25,993 nt of DNA. Source: a virus. Its lineage: Duplodnaviria > Caudoviricetes. Where the stretch lies: IMG/VR virus record IMGVR_UViG_3300016484_000236, positions 1-25,993 of that record, one strand, 5' to 3'. Numbering within the stretch: the first letter of the stretch is position 1; every line of letters starts with the position of its first letter. The translations under genes were made by a program, and so were the position numbers. The notes beneath the pieces were generated by a model. It had not been told where the DNA came from and ran no database searches. It was given only the letters and a program-made list of their open reading frames with translations. Positions 5,209-13,410 of this stretch are shown piece after piece.

Positions 5209-5829
5209 ATGGCATTTATCTATAAAATAACAAATAAAATTAACGGTAAAATCTACATAGGTAAGACAGAGAAATCAATTGAACGACGATTCAAAGAACA
5301 CTGTGCAGAGTTTGCTAAAGCTAGAAGCAAAGATCGACCACTATATCGCGCCTTCAATAAGTATGGTATAGAAAATTTTTCTATTGAATTAATAGAAATT
5401 ACAGATATACCAGAAGAAAGAGAAATGTTCTGGATTAACTTCTATCAAAGTTACCAGAAAGGTTATAATGCAACTCTTGGTGGCGACGGTAAAGCATACA
5501 TTGATAAATCACAAATTTTACCTCTGTACGCTCAGGGTTTAAATTCAAAACAGATAGCAGAACAGATAGGCTGCTGTAGAGAGATTGTTTTAAGATTTCT
5601 ACGTGCATGTGGACTTTCAACAAAAGAGAATGCTAATAAAATTAGTCAAAAGAAAGTGGTCTGCATCGAAACTGGAGTCGTATTTGATTCAGTATCTGCA
5701 GCATCAATGTTCTTAGTCAGTATAAACAATAAAGATTGTGATCCCAAAATGTATGGGACGCATATTTCAGCATGTTGCCGAGGGAAAAGAAAAACTATCC
5801 TTGGGTACTCATTTAAATATCAGGGTTGA
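5209..5829 (+). CDS. Free-standing GIY-YIG homing endonuclease, paralog of 1443-2081
   Basis: FIYKITN...IYIGKT, RPLYRA..KYGIENF, GYNATLGGDGKAY shared with the first copy; start moved to ATG 5209 because 5146 lies in tRNA-Tyr. Confidence 0.92.
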   Translation: MAFIYKITNKINGKIYIGKTEKSIERRFKEHCAEFAKARSKDRPLYRAFNKYGIENFSIELIEITDIPEEREMFWINFYQSYQKGYNATLGGDGKAYIDKSQILPLYAQGLNSKQIAEQIGCCREIVLRFLRACGLSTKENANKISQKKVVCIETGVVFDSVSAASMFLVSINNKDCDPKMYGTHISACCRGKRKTILGYSFKYQG

Positions 5830-5894
5830 AGATAAAAGTAGTCGATTTCTTTTGGAAAGATTTAGAGGTGGGGCAGTACCACCAATCCTGACCA
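5821..5894 (+). tRNA. tRNA-Pro(TGG), overlapping the endonuclease stop codon
   Basis: CAGGGTT/AATCCTG, C1:G72, A73, CCA; loop TTTGGAA on a weak stem; T-arm GGTGG-GGCAGTA-CCACC. Confidence 0.75.
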
Positions 5895-5902
5895 ATAATT
5901 GA

Positions 5903-5978
5903 GCCGGATTAGCTCAGTTGGTAGAGCAACTCCTTTGTAACGAGAAGGTCAAGCGTTCGAATCGTTTATCCGGCACCA
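5903..5978 (+). tRNA. tRNA-Thr(TGT)
   Basis: Loop TTTGTAA; canonical D and T arms; CCA. Confidence 0.92.
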
Positions 5979-5988
5979 TAATAATTCT

Positions 5989-6073
5989 GGGACACTGACC
6001 TATACAAATCTGGTACAGTAACAGAATTCAAAATTCTGGGTTTTTCTCGGTTCGAATCCGAGGTGTCCTACCA
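5989..6073 (+). tRNA. tRNA-Leu(CAA), short variable loop, enlarged D region
   Basis: CAGAA-TTCAAAA-TTCTG; TTCGAAT; A73, CCA. Confidence 0.8.
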
Positions 6074-6083
6074 ATAAATTAAA

Positions 6084-6162
6084 GCGCGAGTGACGGAATC
6101 TAGGCATACGTGTTACTCTTAGAAAGTAAATTTTGTGGGTTCGACTCCCACCTTGCGCACCA
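6084..6162 (+). tRNA. tRNA-Leu(TAG), short variable loop
   Basis: TTACT-CTTAGAA-AGTAA; TTCGACT; A73, CCA. Confidence 0.9.
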
Positions 6163-6252
6163 AACACAAACGAGCAGTTTAATAGCAAACCTGCCATCCT
6201 TGCATAAGGGTGAGTACAATAAGTACACTAACCAAAACTATTAATGAATTAT

Positions 6253-6326
6253 GGCGGGGAGGTCAAGTGACCCGGACAGTCTCATAAGCTGTACTGAGGG
6301 TGGAGCGTTACCACTCCCCGCTACCA
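6253..6326 (+). tRNA. tRNA-Met(CAT) (Met versus Ile2 not resolved)
   Basis: ACAGT-CTCATAA-GCTGT; T-loop AGCGTTA; CCA. Confidence 0.85.
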
Positions 6327-6358
6327 AATCCCTCTACCTTGGGAACGTTATGTACGGT

Positions 6359-6439
6359 GTAGGAATAGCCACATTCCTCGGCGTCATGACATTCGGTTAA
6401 CCTGATTAACGCTGGATAATCGTAACCAGTACCTATTTT
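6359..6439 (+). ncRNA. Putative structured RNA, copy B (related to 87-171)
   Basis: AACCTGATTAAC-GCTGG-ATAATCGTAA-CCAGT-ACCTATTTT; possible TAGG/CCTA closing stem. Confidence 0.45.
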
Positions 6440-6444
6440 AGACT

Positions 6445-6463
6445 AGCCCCTTTTGGGGCTTTT
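6445..6463 (+). terminator. Intrinsic terminator closing the tRNA region
   Basis: AGCCCC-TTTT-GGGGCT-TTT. Confidence 0.7.
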
Positions 6464-6485
6464 GGCGTTTCTACAAAGGAATTTT

Positions 6486-6857
6486 ATGGCGTTCAAGTCA
6501 AGAAAAGAATTAAACGGGCAAATCGACCCTAACATCAATACTGAAGGTCGTATCAAGCCTGCGAAAGCATTAACAAAGCGTGAACTAAAAGATCGTGAAC
6601 TGGTACAGTTAGCCCGTAAGATCAAGCCTCTAATGGCTGAAGCTATCGGAGTATGTGCTAACGTAATGCGTGACAAAGAGGCATCACATGCTTCACAACT
6701 GAAAGCCAGTGCATTACTTACTAGTGTTTATCAGCAATTGATCCGTGATCTTTATGATGGCAAAGATGAATCTGATGAAGATCAAGCAAGCCCAGAGATT
6801 CAGGAACAAAAACCACTATTCAGTTTGACCGTTGTGGAAAAGGTTGAAGATCAATGA
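6486..6857 (+). CDS. Putative terminase small subunit
   Basis: Directly upstream of and overlapping TerL (ATGA); SD AAGGA before ATG 6486; helical, with a PNINTEGR motif. Confidence 0.6.
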   Translation: MAFKSRKELNGQIDPNINTEGRIKPAKALTKRELKDRELVQLARKIKPLMAEAIGVCANVMRDKEASHASQLKASALLTSVYQQLIRDLYDGKDESDEDQASPEIQEQKPLFSLTVVEKVEDQ

Positions 6858-8335
6858 GTAATATCCTTCTAGCACCTGCTTCGAAGAAACAAGAGATTTT
6901 CTTAAACTCTAATGCTGATATTACTCTTGCTGGTGGTGCTGCTGGAAGTGGAAAGACCTACACTGCTTTATTGATTGCACTGAAATTCATGCAACATCCT
7001 CGGGCAACCGGAGTAATCTTTCGTCGTACATCAAAGATGATTACTTCACCGGGTTCTATCTGGCATGAAGCAGTGAATATGTACACATCTATTTACAAGA
7101 CTGGTCTACGTATTCGGCATCGGGAGAATGAAATCATCTTCCCAAACGGGGCTGTACTGAAGTTCTCCCATATGCAGCACGAAAGTGACAAATACGCACA
7201 CAAAGGTGGGCAGTATTCGCTTGTTATTTTTGACGAAGCAACCGATTTCTCGGAAGATATGGTGGTTTATCTGATTTCACGTATGCGTAATGCCTACGTT
7301 GATTACAAGCCACAAATGTTCTTGATGACTAACCCGGACTATAATAGTTTCTTGCGTCTATGGATTCAAGACTTCTACCTAGACCCTCTCACTGGAATTC
7401 CACAAGAGGAACTTGCAGGTGTTAAGCGAGGGTTCTTCCGACAAGGTAACACCATGCTATGGTATAATACCTTGGAAGCTGCAGAAGCTGTCCATGGCAA
7501 GGGTGATTCAGCAGGTATCATGAGTTTTACCTTCATCCCTGCAAATTGCCGCGACAATCCTCCACTACTAAAAGCACAACCAAGCTACATCAGTAACTTG
7601 ATGTCTCTGCCTCGGGTGGAAATGGAGCGCCTACTGCTCGGGTCATGGTTTGCCCGCCCGGAATCATCAGGTTTGTTCAAGCGTGAGTGGGTAACTGTTG
7701 TTAAGCACCCTAATATGCGTGCCAAGCAACGTGTACGCGCATGGGACTTTGCTTTCAGCAAACCTTCTGAGCAATATCCTAATCCCGACTGGACACGTGG
7801 AGTATTAATCTCTAAAGATTCACTGCACGTTTATACGGTGGAAGATGTGACTGGTATTCGTGATCGGGTTCACATTGTTGAACAATTGATCTTTGATACT
7901 GCAGAACGTGATGGTCCCGGTGTAGTGATTTCAATCCCCCAAGACCCTAACGCTCAAGCTGCAGCATACGCTAAAGACTTGCAACGTAGACTTGCAGAGA
8001 AAGGTTTCACTTGCAGACTGTCTCGCCCTGTGAAATCCAAGACTATCCGGTTTGCACCGTTTAGTAGTGTAGCACAAGCTGGCTTCGTGCATGTAGTTGA
8101 AGGTGATTGGAATAAGGAATTCTTTGATGAACTGGAAGTTTTCGATGACTCTGGGCGTTACAAAGATGACCAAGTAGACTGTGTGAGTGATTGTTTCTCT
8201 GTACTGAACCGTGACCTTGCGTTGCCTTCTATGCAGCTATCAACCGTTATCACAAACAGTTCCCCCATGTTCCAAGGATACCATCAAGGGGCACCTCAAG
8301 TCAACACCTTAGAAGTTCCGACATTCAAATTTTAG
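6854..8335 (+). CDS. terL: Terminase large subunit
   Basis: Walker A GGAAGSGKT, Walker B VIFDEA, TNP coupling motif, nuclease RAWDFA...DDQVD. Confidence 0.97.
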   Translation: MSNILLAPASKKQEIFLNSNADITLAGGAAGSGKTYTALLIALKFMQHPRATGVIFRRTSKMITSPGSIWHEAVNMYTSIYKTGLRIRHRENEIIFPNGAVLKFSHMQHESDKYAHKGGQYSLVIFDEATDFSEDMVVYLISRMRNAYVDYKPQMFLMTNPDYNSFLRLWIQDFYLDPLTGIPQEELAGVKRGFFRQGNTMLWYNTLEAAEAVHGKGDSAGIMSFTFIPANCRDNPPLLKAQPSYISNLMSLPRVEMERLLLGSWFARPESSGLFKREWVTVVKHPNMRAKQRVRAWDFAFSKPSEQYPNPDWTRGVLISKDSLHVYTVEDVTGIRDRVHIVEQLIFDTAERDGPGVVISIPQDPNAQAAAYAKDLQRRLAEKGFTCRLSRPVKSKTIRFAPFSSVAQAGFVHVVEGDWNKEFFDELEVFDDSGRYKDDQVDCVSDCFSVLNRDLALPSMQLSTVITNSSPMFQGYHQGAPQVNTLEVPTFKF

Positions 8336-8346
8336 AAGGAGCCACA

Positions 8347-9828
8347 ATGGCAACACGAAAGAAAGCTGTAACAGAAACAGTTACAAAAGCGGTCAGTGAA
8401 GTACCTGATCGTTTCAAGCTAGGGGAAGCTGGGTATCTTGGCTTGAATATTTTCAATGGAGTTTCTGCAGACGAGCTTAAACGTGAATTGAATTTCCCGA
8501 ACAACATCAAAATCTACAAAGAAATGTCGTACCACAGTGCAGTTAATTCTTCATTGACGCTCTTTGAAAATATTGTTGGGAAAGCCACATGGACATTCAA
8601 GCCTCCAGTTAATGCTACTGCAGAAGAAAAGAAACAGTGTGAAATCGTGCAAAGCATGATGGACGATATGGATCATACTTGGGCTGAATTCATTCGTGAT
8701 ATCCTGAGCATGAACGTGTATGGATTCTCTGTGCATGAAAAAGTATATCGTCGTAGATTGAAATCTAATGGAAGTATGTTCAATGATGGATATATTGGCT
8801 GGAAGAAACTGCCTATCCGCTCTCAGGAAACTATCCAGAAGTTTATTTTCTCTGATGACGGCAACGATATCACTGGTGTAAAGCAAGTTCTCACTGGAGT
8901 CTCCGATCCTTATAATCGCTACGAGAAACGTGCGATGAATGAGATTGTGATGACCCGTGCTAAGTTCATGTTATTCCGTGCTGGTCGTCACCGTGGTGAT
9001 CCTTATGGTAAATCTCCACTGCGTGATGCATATCTTGCGTGGCGTTTCCTTACTGCTCTGGAAGACCTAGAAGCTGTAGGTGTAGCGAAAGACTTGAATG
9101 GTCTACCTGTGCTAATGCTCCCACCTCAGTATCTCTCTGAAGACGCTACACCCGAGCAGAAAGCAATCAAGGACTACTACGTTAATGCAATGCGTAATCT
9201 GCAGATGAATCAGCAATCGGCTTTGATTCTACCTAATGCATTCGATCCTGACTCAAAGAAGCCACTATTTAGCTTGGAACTTCTGAGTGTAGACGGTAAG
9301 AAAGCCTTTGACATTTCCAAGATCAAGGAATACTACCGTAACCTGATTTACACAAGTCTGTTCAGTGATATTTTGCAGATGGGCCAATCAGCTACAGGTT
9401 CTTTTGCGCTGGGTTCTATCAAGAATAGCCTTTCAGGTGCTGCTGCCGAAGGAATGATCAAGATTATTTGTGAAGTAGTTAACCAAGAGCTAATCAAACA
9501 AACTTACGAATTGAATGGTTGGGATGTGTCTCGTCGTGGCACCCTGGACTACGATAACCTAGAAGATGCTGACCTAGAAACCCTAAGTAAATTCTGGCAA
9601 CGTGTTGCTTCAGTTGGTTTGGTAGAAAAAGACCGTGAAGTATTGAATGCTGTACGTGTTGCAGTAGGTGTGGATGCTTTACCTGATGATCTTCCACCAC
9701 AGGAAGATATTATGACAGGCAATACTAGCCGAAGTGGTGATGGTATGGCAAAGGGTTCCGGTAATGGTACTTCTGATTCTGCTGCATCATCAGATACGAG
9801 TGCAAGCAACGCAGATAATGCTGCTTAG
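8347..9828 (+). CDS. Portal protein
   Basis: Follows TerL; 493 aa; DPYGKSPL and GSFALG motifs typical of DUF935/Mu gp29-like portals. Confidence 0.9.
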   Translation: MATRKKAVTETVTKAVSEVPDRFKLGEAGYLGLNIFNGVSADELKRELNFPNNIKIYKEMSYHSAVNSSLTLFENIVGKATWTFKPPVNATAEEKKQCEIVQSMMDDMDHTWAEFIRDILSMNVYGFSVHEKVYRRRLKSNGSMFNDGYIGWKKLPIRSQETIQKFIFSDDGNDITGVKQVLTGVSDPYNRYEKRAMNEIVMTRAKFMLFRAGRHRGDPYGKSPLRDAYLAWRFLTALEDLEAVGVAKDLNGLPVLMLPPQYLSEDATPEQKAIKDYYVNAMRNLQMNQQSALILPNAFDPDSKKPLFSLELLSVDGKKAFDISKIKEYYRNLIYTSLFSDILQMGQSATGSFALGSIKNSLSGAAAEGMIKIICEVVNQELIKQTYELNGWDVSRRGTLDYDNLEDADLETLSKFWQRVASVGLVEKDREVLNAVRVAVGVDALPDDLPPQEDIMTGNTSRSGDGMAKGSGNGTSDSAASSDTSASNADNAA

Positions 9829-9839
9829 TACGATTTAAC

Positions 9840-9868
9840 TTGAAATTCCAGCAATATCATGATATAAT
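9840..9868 (+). promoter_or_regulatory. Sigma70-type promoter for head genes, overlapped by an inverted repeat
   Basis: TTGAAA-17 nt-TATAAT with extended TG; CAGCAATAT/ATATTGCTG repeat at 9849-9880. Confidence 0.75.
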
Positions 9869-9897
9869 TATATATTGCTGCGAATTATAAGGACAAT

Positions 9898-10287
9898 ATG
9901 AAAAACAACACACAAGAAACAGTCCAAGTGGTGAAGTCAGTTAATGAAGAATTGAAACAAGCTACTTTTATTGTACTAGCTCCAGACGAAGTAGACTTGC
10001 ATGGGGATATTATCCCTGAAAATGAAGTTCGCAAAGCTTGCCACAACTTCAACAAGTATTCCAACCAAGCTAACCTTTTCCATATTACCAAGACTGCAAC
10101 CTTCGAATTTGCTGAGAGCTATATTGCTCCTGTTGATTTCGTTCTAGGTGATGTTCTGGTGCGTAAAGGCACATGGCTTGCCACAGTCCAAGTATTAAAT
10201 GATGATCTATGGGAGCTGGTTAAGTCCGGTGAAGTGAATGGATTATCAATTGGTGCTTTAGCCTCAGTTGAGCCACTTGATGAGTAA
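9898..10287 (+). CDS. Prohead protease (XkdF-like serine protease)
   Basis: VLAPDEVDLHGD, ESYIAP, KGTW, GLSIG motifs; located after the portal. Confidence 0.85.
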   Translation: MKNNTQETVQVVKSVNEELKQATFIVLAPDEVDLHGDIIPENEVRKACHNFNKYSNQANLFHITKTATFEFAESYIAPVDFVLGDVLVRKGTWLATVQVLNDDLWELVKSGEVNGLSIGALASVEPLDE

Positions 10288-10849
10288 GTATTACGTCTAT
10301 GTTCACTATCGCTTATCTGATAACACGCCATTTTATGTTGGTAAAGGATCAGGTAAACGGGCTTGGCTGCAGGCACGACGAAACCCGTACTGGGTGGCAA
10401 CTAAAAATAAATACGGACTCAGAGTTGAGATTGTTTTTAACAATCTATCCGAGGAAGAAGCTTTCCAATGTGAGAGAGATACGATTCTAGAATTTAAGTA
10501 TTTTGGATATAAACTTACCAATCTAAGTTCAGGCGGTGAGGGTGCTAGCTACAAGCGTACCCCTGAAACGCGCCAGCGTATGAGTAAGGCATTCACAGGT
10601 CGAAAACTTTCACTTGAAACAAAAAGAAAAATCGGCCAAAGCAGAGTGTATCCTAAAGGTTTAGAAAACACAAATGCCGACCCGAATACCTATACATTTG
10701 TACGAATTTCAGATGGTCTGCTATTCACTGGAACGCGAACAGAACTGTGTAATAATTTTCACCTGAAGGTTACGTTAATCAATGGCTTATTTAAAGCCAA
10801 GAAACGTAAAACGGCGTGCGGGTGGCAATTGAATGAAAGGCTACCATAA
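10280..10849 (+). CDS. GIY-YIG-family homing endonuclease with NUMOD3 repeats
   Basis: YYVYVH...PFYVGKG, LTN...GGEG, ETRQRMS/ETKRKIG repeats. Confidence 0.85.
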   Translation: MSKYYVYVHYRLSDNTPFYVGKGSGKRAWLQARRNPYWVATKNKYGLRVEIVFNNLSEEEAFQCERDTILEFKYFGYKLTNLSSGGEGASYKRTPETRQRMSKAFTGRKLSLETKRKIGQSRVYPKGLENTNADPNTYTFVRISDGLLFTGTRTELCNNFHLKVTLINGLFKAKKRKTACGWQLNERLP

Positions 10850-11859
10850 TGACTACCAAAAAAACACCGAAGCGTAAACTTACGGATTTAACTTTCGAGC
10901 ATGACTCTGCTCATATTGCACTCGTTTCCAAGGAACAGGGCGGCCCAGCTAATGGGCACGACTATGCTCTAGTTTTGAAATCTAAGAATTTCAGCAAAGA
11001 AACTATCCAGAAGATGCAGTCAATCCAAGTAACGATGGAGCTACCTGAATTCCTGCGTAAGTTCTTCGGAATGTATTACGATGATTCAGAAGTCCTAGCT
11101 CGACTGCTTGGTTATACGCCGCCTGATCCTACGGTTTATGAATATGACTCTGAGTCTTATTACACAGAACGCCTACAGGCTTTTGAGGTAATGAAGTCTC
11201 TACACGAATCCGGTGATATGCTTAAAGCTCTCGCCATGCTAGAAGAAAGTGAATATCTCGCCTTGCTTGAAGATCAAGTATTGCTTGAGAAAGCATTCGC
11301 TGAACTCGATGCAAAAGCATCCGACACTACAGCTACGGTTGTAGAGTCAGAAAACTCAACAAACGCTAGCGTTGAGAAATCCGTTGGGGCCTCTGGCTCT
11401 AAAGTCACTAAATCGAAGAAAGAAACTATGACACTAAAAACCAAGGCTGATGAAGCTCAAGTAGAACTGGTTGAAAAGTCTGTCGTTGAATCAATTCAAA
11501 AGAGTCTAGATGACGCTCAAGTAGAGCTTCAGAAAGCCCGTGAAACGATTCAAGCCTTTGAAGCTGCAGCTAAAGAAGCCGTAGTCAAAGCAAAGACTGA
11601 TAAAGTAACCGCAATTGTAAAAGACGAGAAGATTCAAGCTGCTATTGTTAAAGCTGCACTGTCCCTAGAATCAGATGATGATTTTGGTGCGTTCCTTGCT
11701 GCTATCCAAGCAATGGCTGCTGCTGTAGAAACAACTCAAGAATTCGTAGAAAAATCTGCACTATTTGCCGAACAAGGTGCAAGCACTTCAGATGAAACTG
11801 CAAATCAGGAAAGCCCTGTGGCTCGTATCCTGAAAGCTAAACTAACCAAAGCAAAGTAA
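10849..11859 (+). CDS. Capsid scaffolding protein
   Basis: Upstream of decoration and capsid genes; Ala/Glu/Lys-rich coiled-coil C-terminal half. Confidence 0.7.
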   Translation: MTTKKTPKRKLTDLTFEHDSAHIALVSKEQGGPANGHDYALVLKSKNFSKETIQKMQSIQVTMELPEFLRKFFGMYYDDSEVLARLLGYTPPDPTVYEYDSESYYTERLQAFEVMKSLHESGDMLKALAMLEESEYLALLEDQVLLEKAFAELDAKASDTTATVVESENSTNASVEKSVGASGSKVTKSKKETMTLKTKADEAQVELVEKSVVESIQKSLDDAQVELQKARETIQAFEAAAKEAVVKAKTDKVTAIVKDEKIQAAIVKAALSLESDDDFGAFLAAIQAMAAAVETTQEFVEKSALFAEQGASTSDETANQESPVARILKAKLTKAK

Positions 11860-11868
11860 GGAAATAAC

Positions 11869-12267
11869 ATGCCAGTTATCGCAACAGAAAACAAACGTAT
11901 CTCTAACGTTCTAAAGTCAGAATACGAAGCAGAGCTAGCTTATTGCCGCCTAGTGGTGACAGTAAACGAGGCTACTGCAAAAACATATGTACCCGGAATG
12001 GTACTAGGCAAGATTACTGCATCAGGTAAGTATCTGACTGCCGTAGAAACTGCCTCAGACGGTTCTAAGGCATTCGCTGCCATGGTACTTTTTGAGCAGG
12101 CAATCCCAGCTAGCACCGACACTAAGGTTGTTGTTCTCGTAAAGGGTCCAGCTTCAGTAGCTAAGGGCGGTCTGATTCTAGATGCCAGCTATAACGACGC
12201 TACCAAGAAAGGTGCTATCTACACTGCAATGGAAGCTGCCGGTATTCAAGTGCTAGAGTCTGCCTAA
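11869..12267 (+). CDS. Head decoration protein (lambda gpD-like)
   Basis: PGMVLGKITASGKY motif; 132 aa just upstream of the capsid gene. Confidence 0.8.
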   Translation: MPVIATENKRISNVLKSEYEAELAYCRLVVTVNEATAKTYVPGMVLGKITASGKYLTAVETASDGSKAFAAMVLFEQAIPASTDTKVVVLVKGPASVAKGGLILDASYNDATKKGAIYTAMEAAGIQVLESA

Positions 12268-12291
12268 TAATAACAATAAGGATTAAATAAA

Positions 12292-13320
12292 ATGCCTATT
12301 ACCCGTTCATATACAAGTAACTTTGACGTTGTTGACTACACTCAAGAACTTCAGATCATCCCTAATAGCTGGACGCTTCTAAACGACTCTGGCCTGTTCT
12401 CTGAAGAATTCCTAACAACTCACACTGTTACTTTCGAAGAACAAAACAAGACTCTGGCCCTGATCGGTGACCAGTTCCGTGGTGCTAAGCCTCAAGCTAA
12501 CCAAGACGATGTACGTAAGATTCGTTCTTATCCAATCGCTCACTTCCCAATCGTGGATCAAATTCTACCTACTGATATCCAAGGTAAACGTGCTTACGGT
12601 ACGCAAGACCAAGCGGAAACAGAAGCTGCAGTGATTGCACGTAAGATGGAACGTATTCGTCGTAACATGGATATTACCATGGAAGTTGGTCGTTTCAGTA
12701 CGCTAGCTACCGGTAACCTGTACGCACCTAACGGTACTATCTCTGGTAACCTGTTCACTGACTTCGGTGTAACCCAAACTTCTGTTGACTTCGTACTAGG
12801 TACAGGTACTACAGATATCATGGGTAAGGTTGAATCTGTTATTGCAGCAATGCAAGACAACGCGAACACAGGTGACGTTATCACTAGCGTTATCGCTTAC
12901 TGCTCACCAGAATGGTTCGCTAAGTTCATTGCTCACGCTAAGATTCAAACTGCTTACCAATACTACACTGCTACTGAGGGTCAACAAATCCAACGTAACC
13001 GTGCTGGTGGTAACAATGGTCTATATCGTGAATTCCAATACGGTGGTATTCGTTTCATCGAAGTGCGCACAGTGCTTGCTGGTCAACGTCTAGTACCTGC
13101 TGGTGAAGTAATCTTCGTACCTCTAGGCACGACAGATACATTCGTAAGCTACTTCGGCCCTGCTAACCGTCTTGATTTCGTCAATACTGTTGCAGAACGT
13201 GGTTACCTATGGATGTACCGTGATCCAAAGGGCACTCACATTGACCTTGATGGTGAATTTGACGTAGTTCACATGATCCGCCGTCCACAACTAGTGGTTA
13301 AGGGTACAACAAGCAACTAA
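12292..13320 (+). CDS. Major capsid protein (lambda gpE-like family)
   Basis: 342 aa; DIQGKRAYG, FGPAN, C-terminal RPQLVVK; strongly biased codons; followed by a terminator. Confidence 0.92.
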   Translation: MPITRSYTSNFDVVDYTQELQIIPNSWTLLNDSGLFSEEFLTTHTVTFEEQNKTLALIGDQFRGAKPQANQDDVRKIRSYPIAHFPIVDQILPTDIQGKRAYGTQDQAETEAAVIARKMERIRRNMDITMEVGRFSTLATGNLYAPNGTISGNLFTDFGVTQTSVDFVLGTGTTDIMGKVESVIAAMQDNANTGDVITSVIAYCSPEWFAKFIAHAKIQTAYQYYTATEGQQIQRNRAGGNNGLYREFQYGGIRFIEVRTVLAGQRLVPAGEVIFVPLGTTDTFVSYFGPANRLDFVNTVAERGYLWMYRDPKGTHIDLDGEFDVVHMIRRPQLVVKGTTSN

Positions 13321-13336
13321 TCACTGCTTAACGGTT

Positions 13337-13356
13337 AGCTCCTTCGGGAGCTTTTC
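13337..13356 (+). terminator. Intrinsic terminator after the capsid gene
   Basis: AGCTCC-TTCG-GGAGCT-TTT. Confidence 0.8.
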
Positions 13357-13410
13357 TAATATAGAGCCTTGGATTTTTCAGGGTTCTATCTTAGAAATAA
13401 AGGAATAATT

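Noticed and set aside
367-6326. Suppressor tRNA or alternative genetic code
   Set aside because: No tRNA with a CTA, TTA or TCA anticodon was found, and the long genes read uninterrupted in the standard code with TAA, TAG and TGA all used as stops.
6359-6439. HDV-like (theta) or hammerhead ribozyme next to tRNA-Met (TTCCTCG, CTGA seen)
   Set aside because: I could not build the HDV double pseudoknot, and the CUGANGA...GAAA hammerhead core is absent; kept only as an unknown structured RNA.
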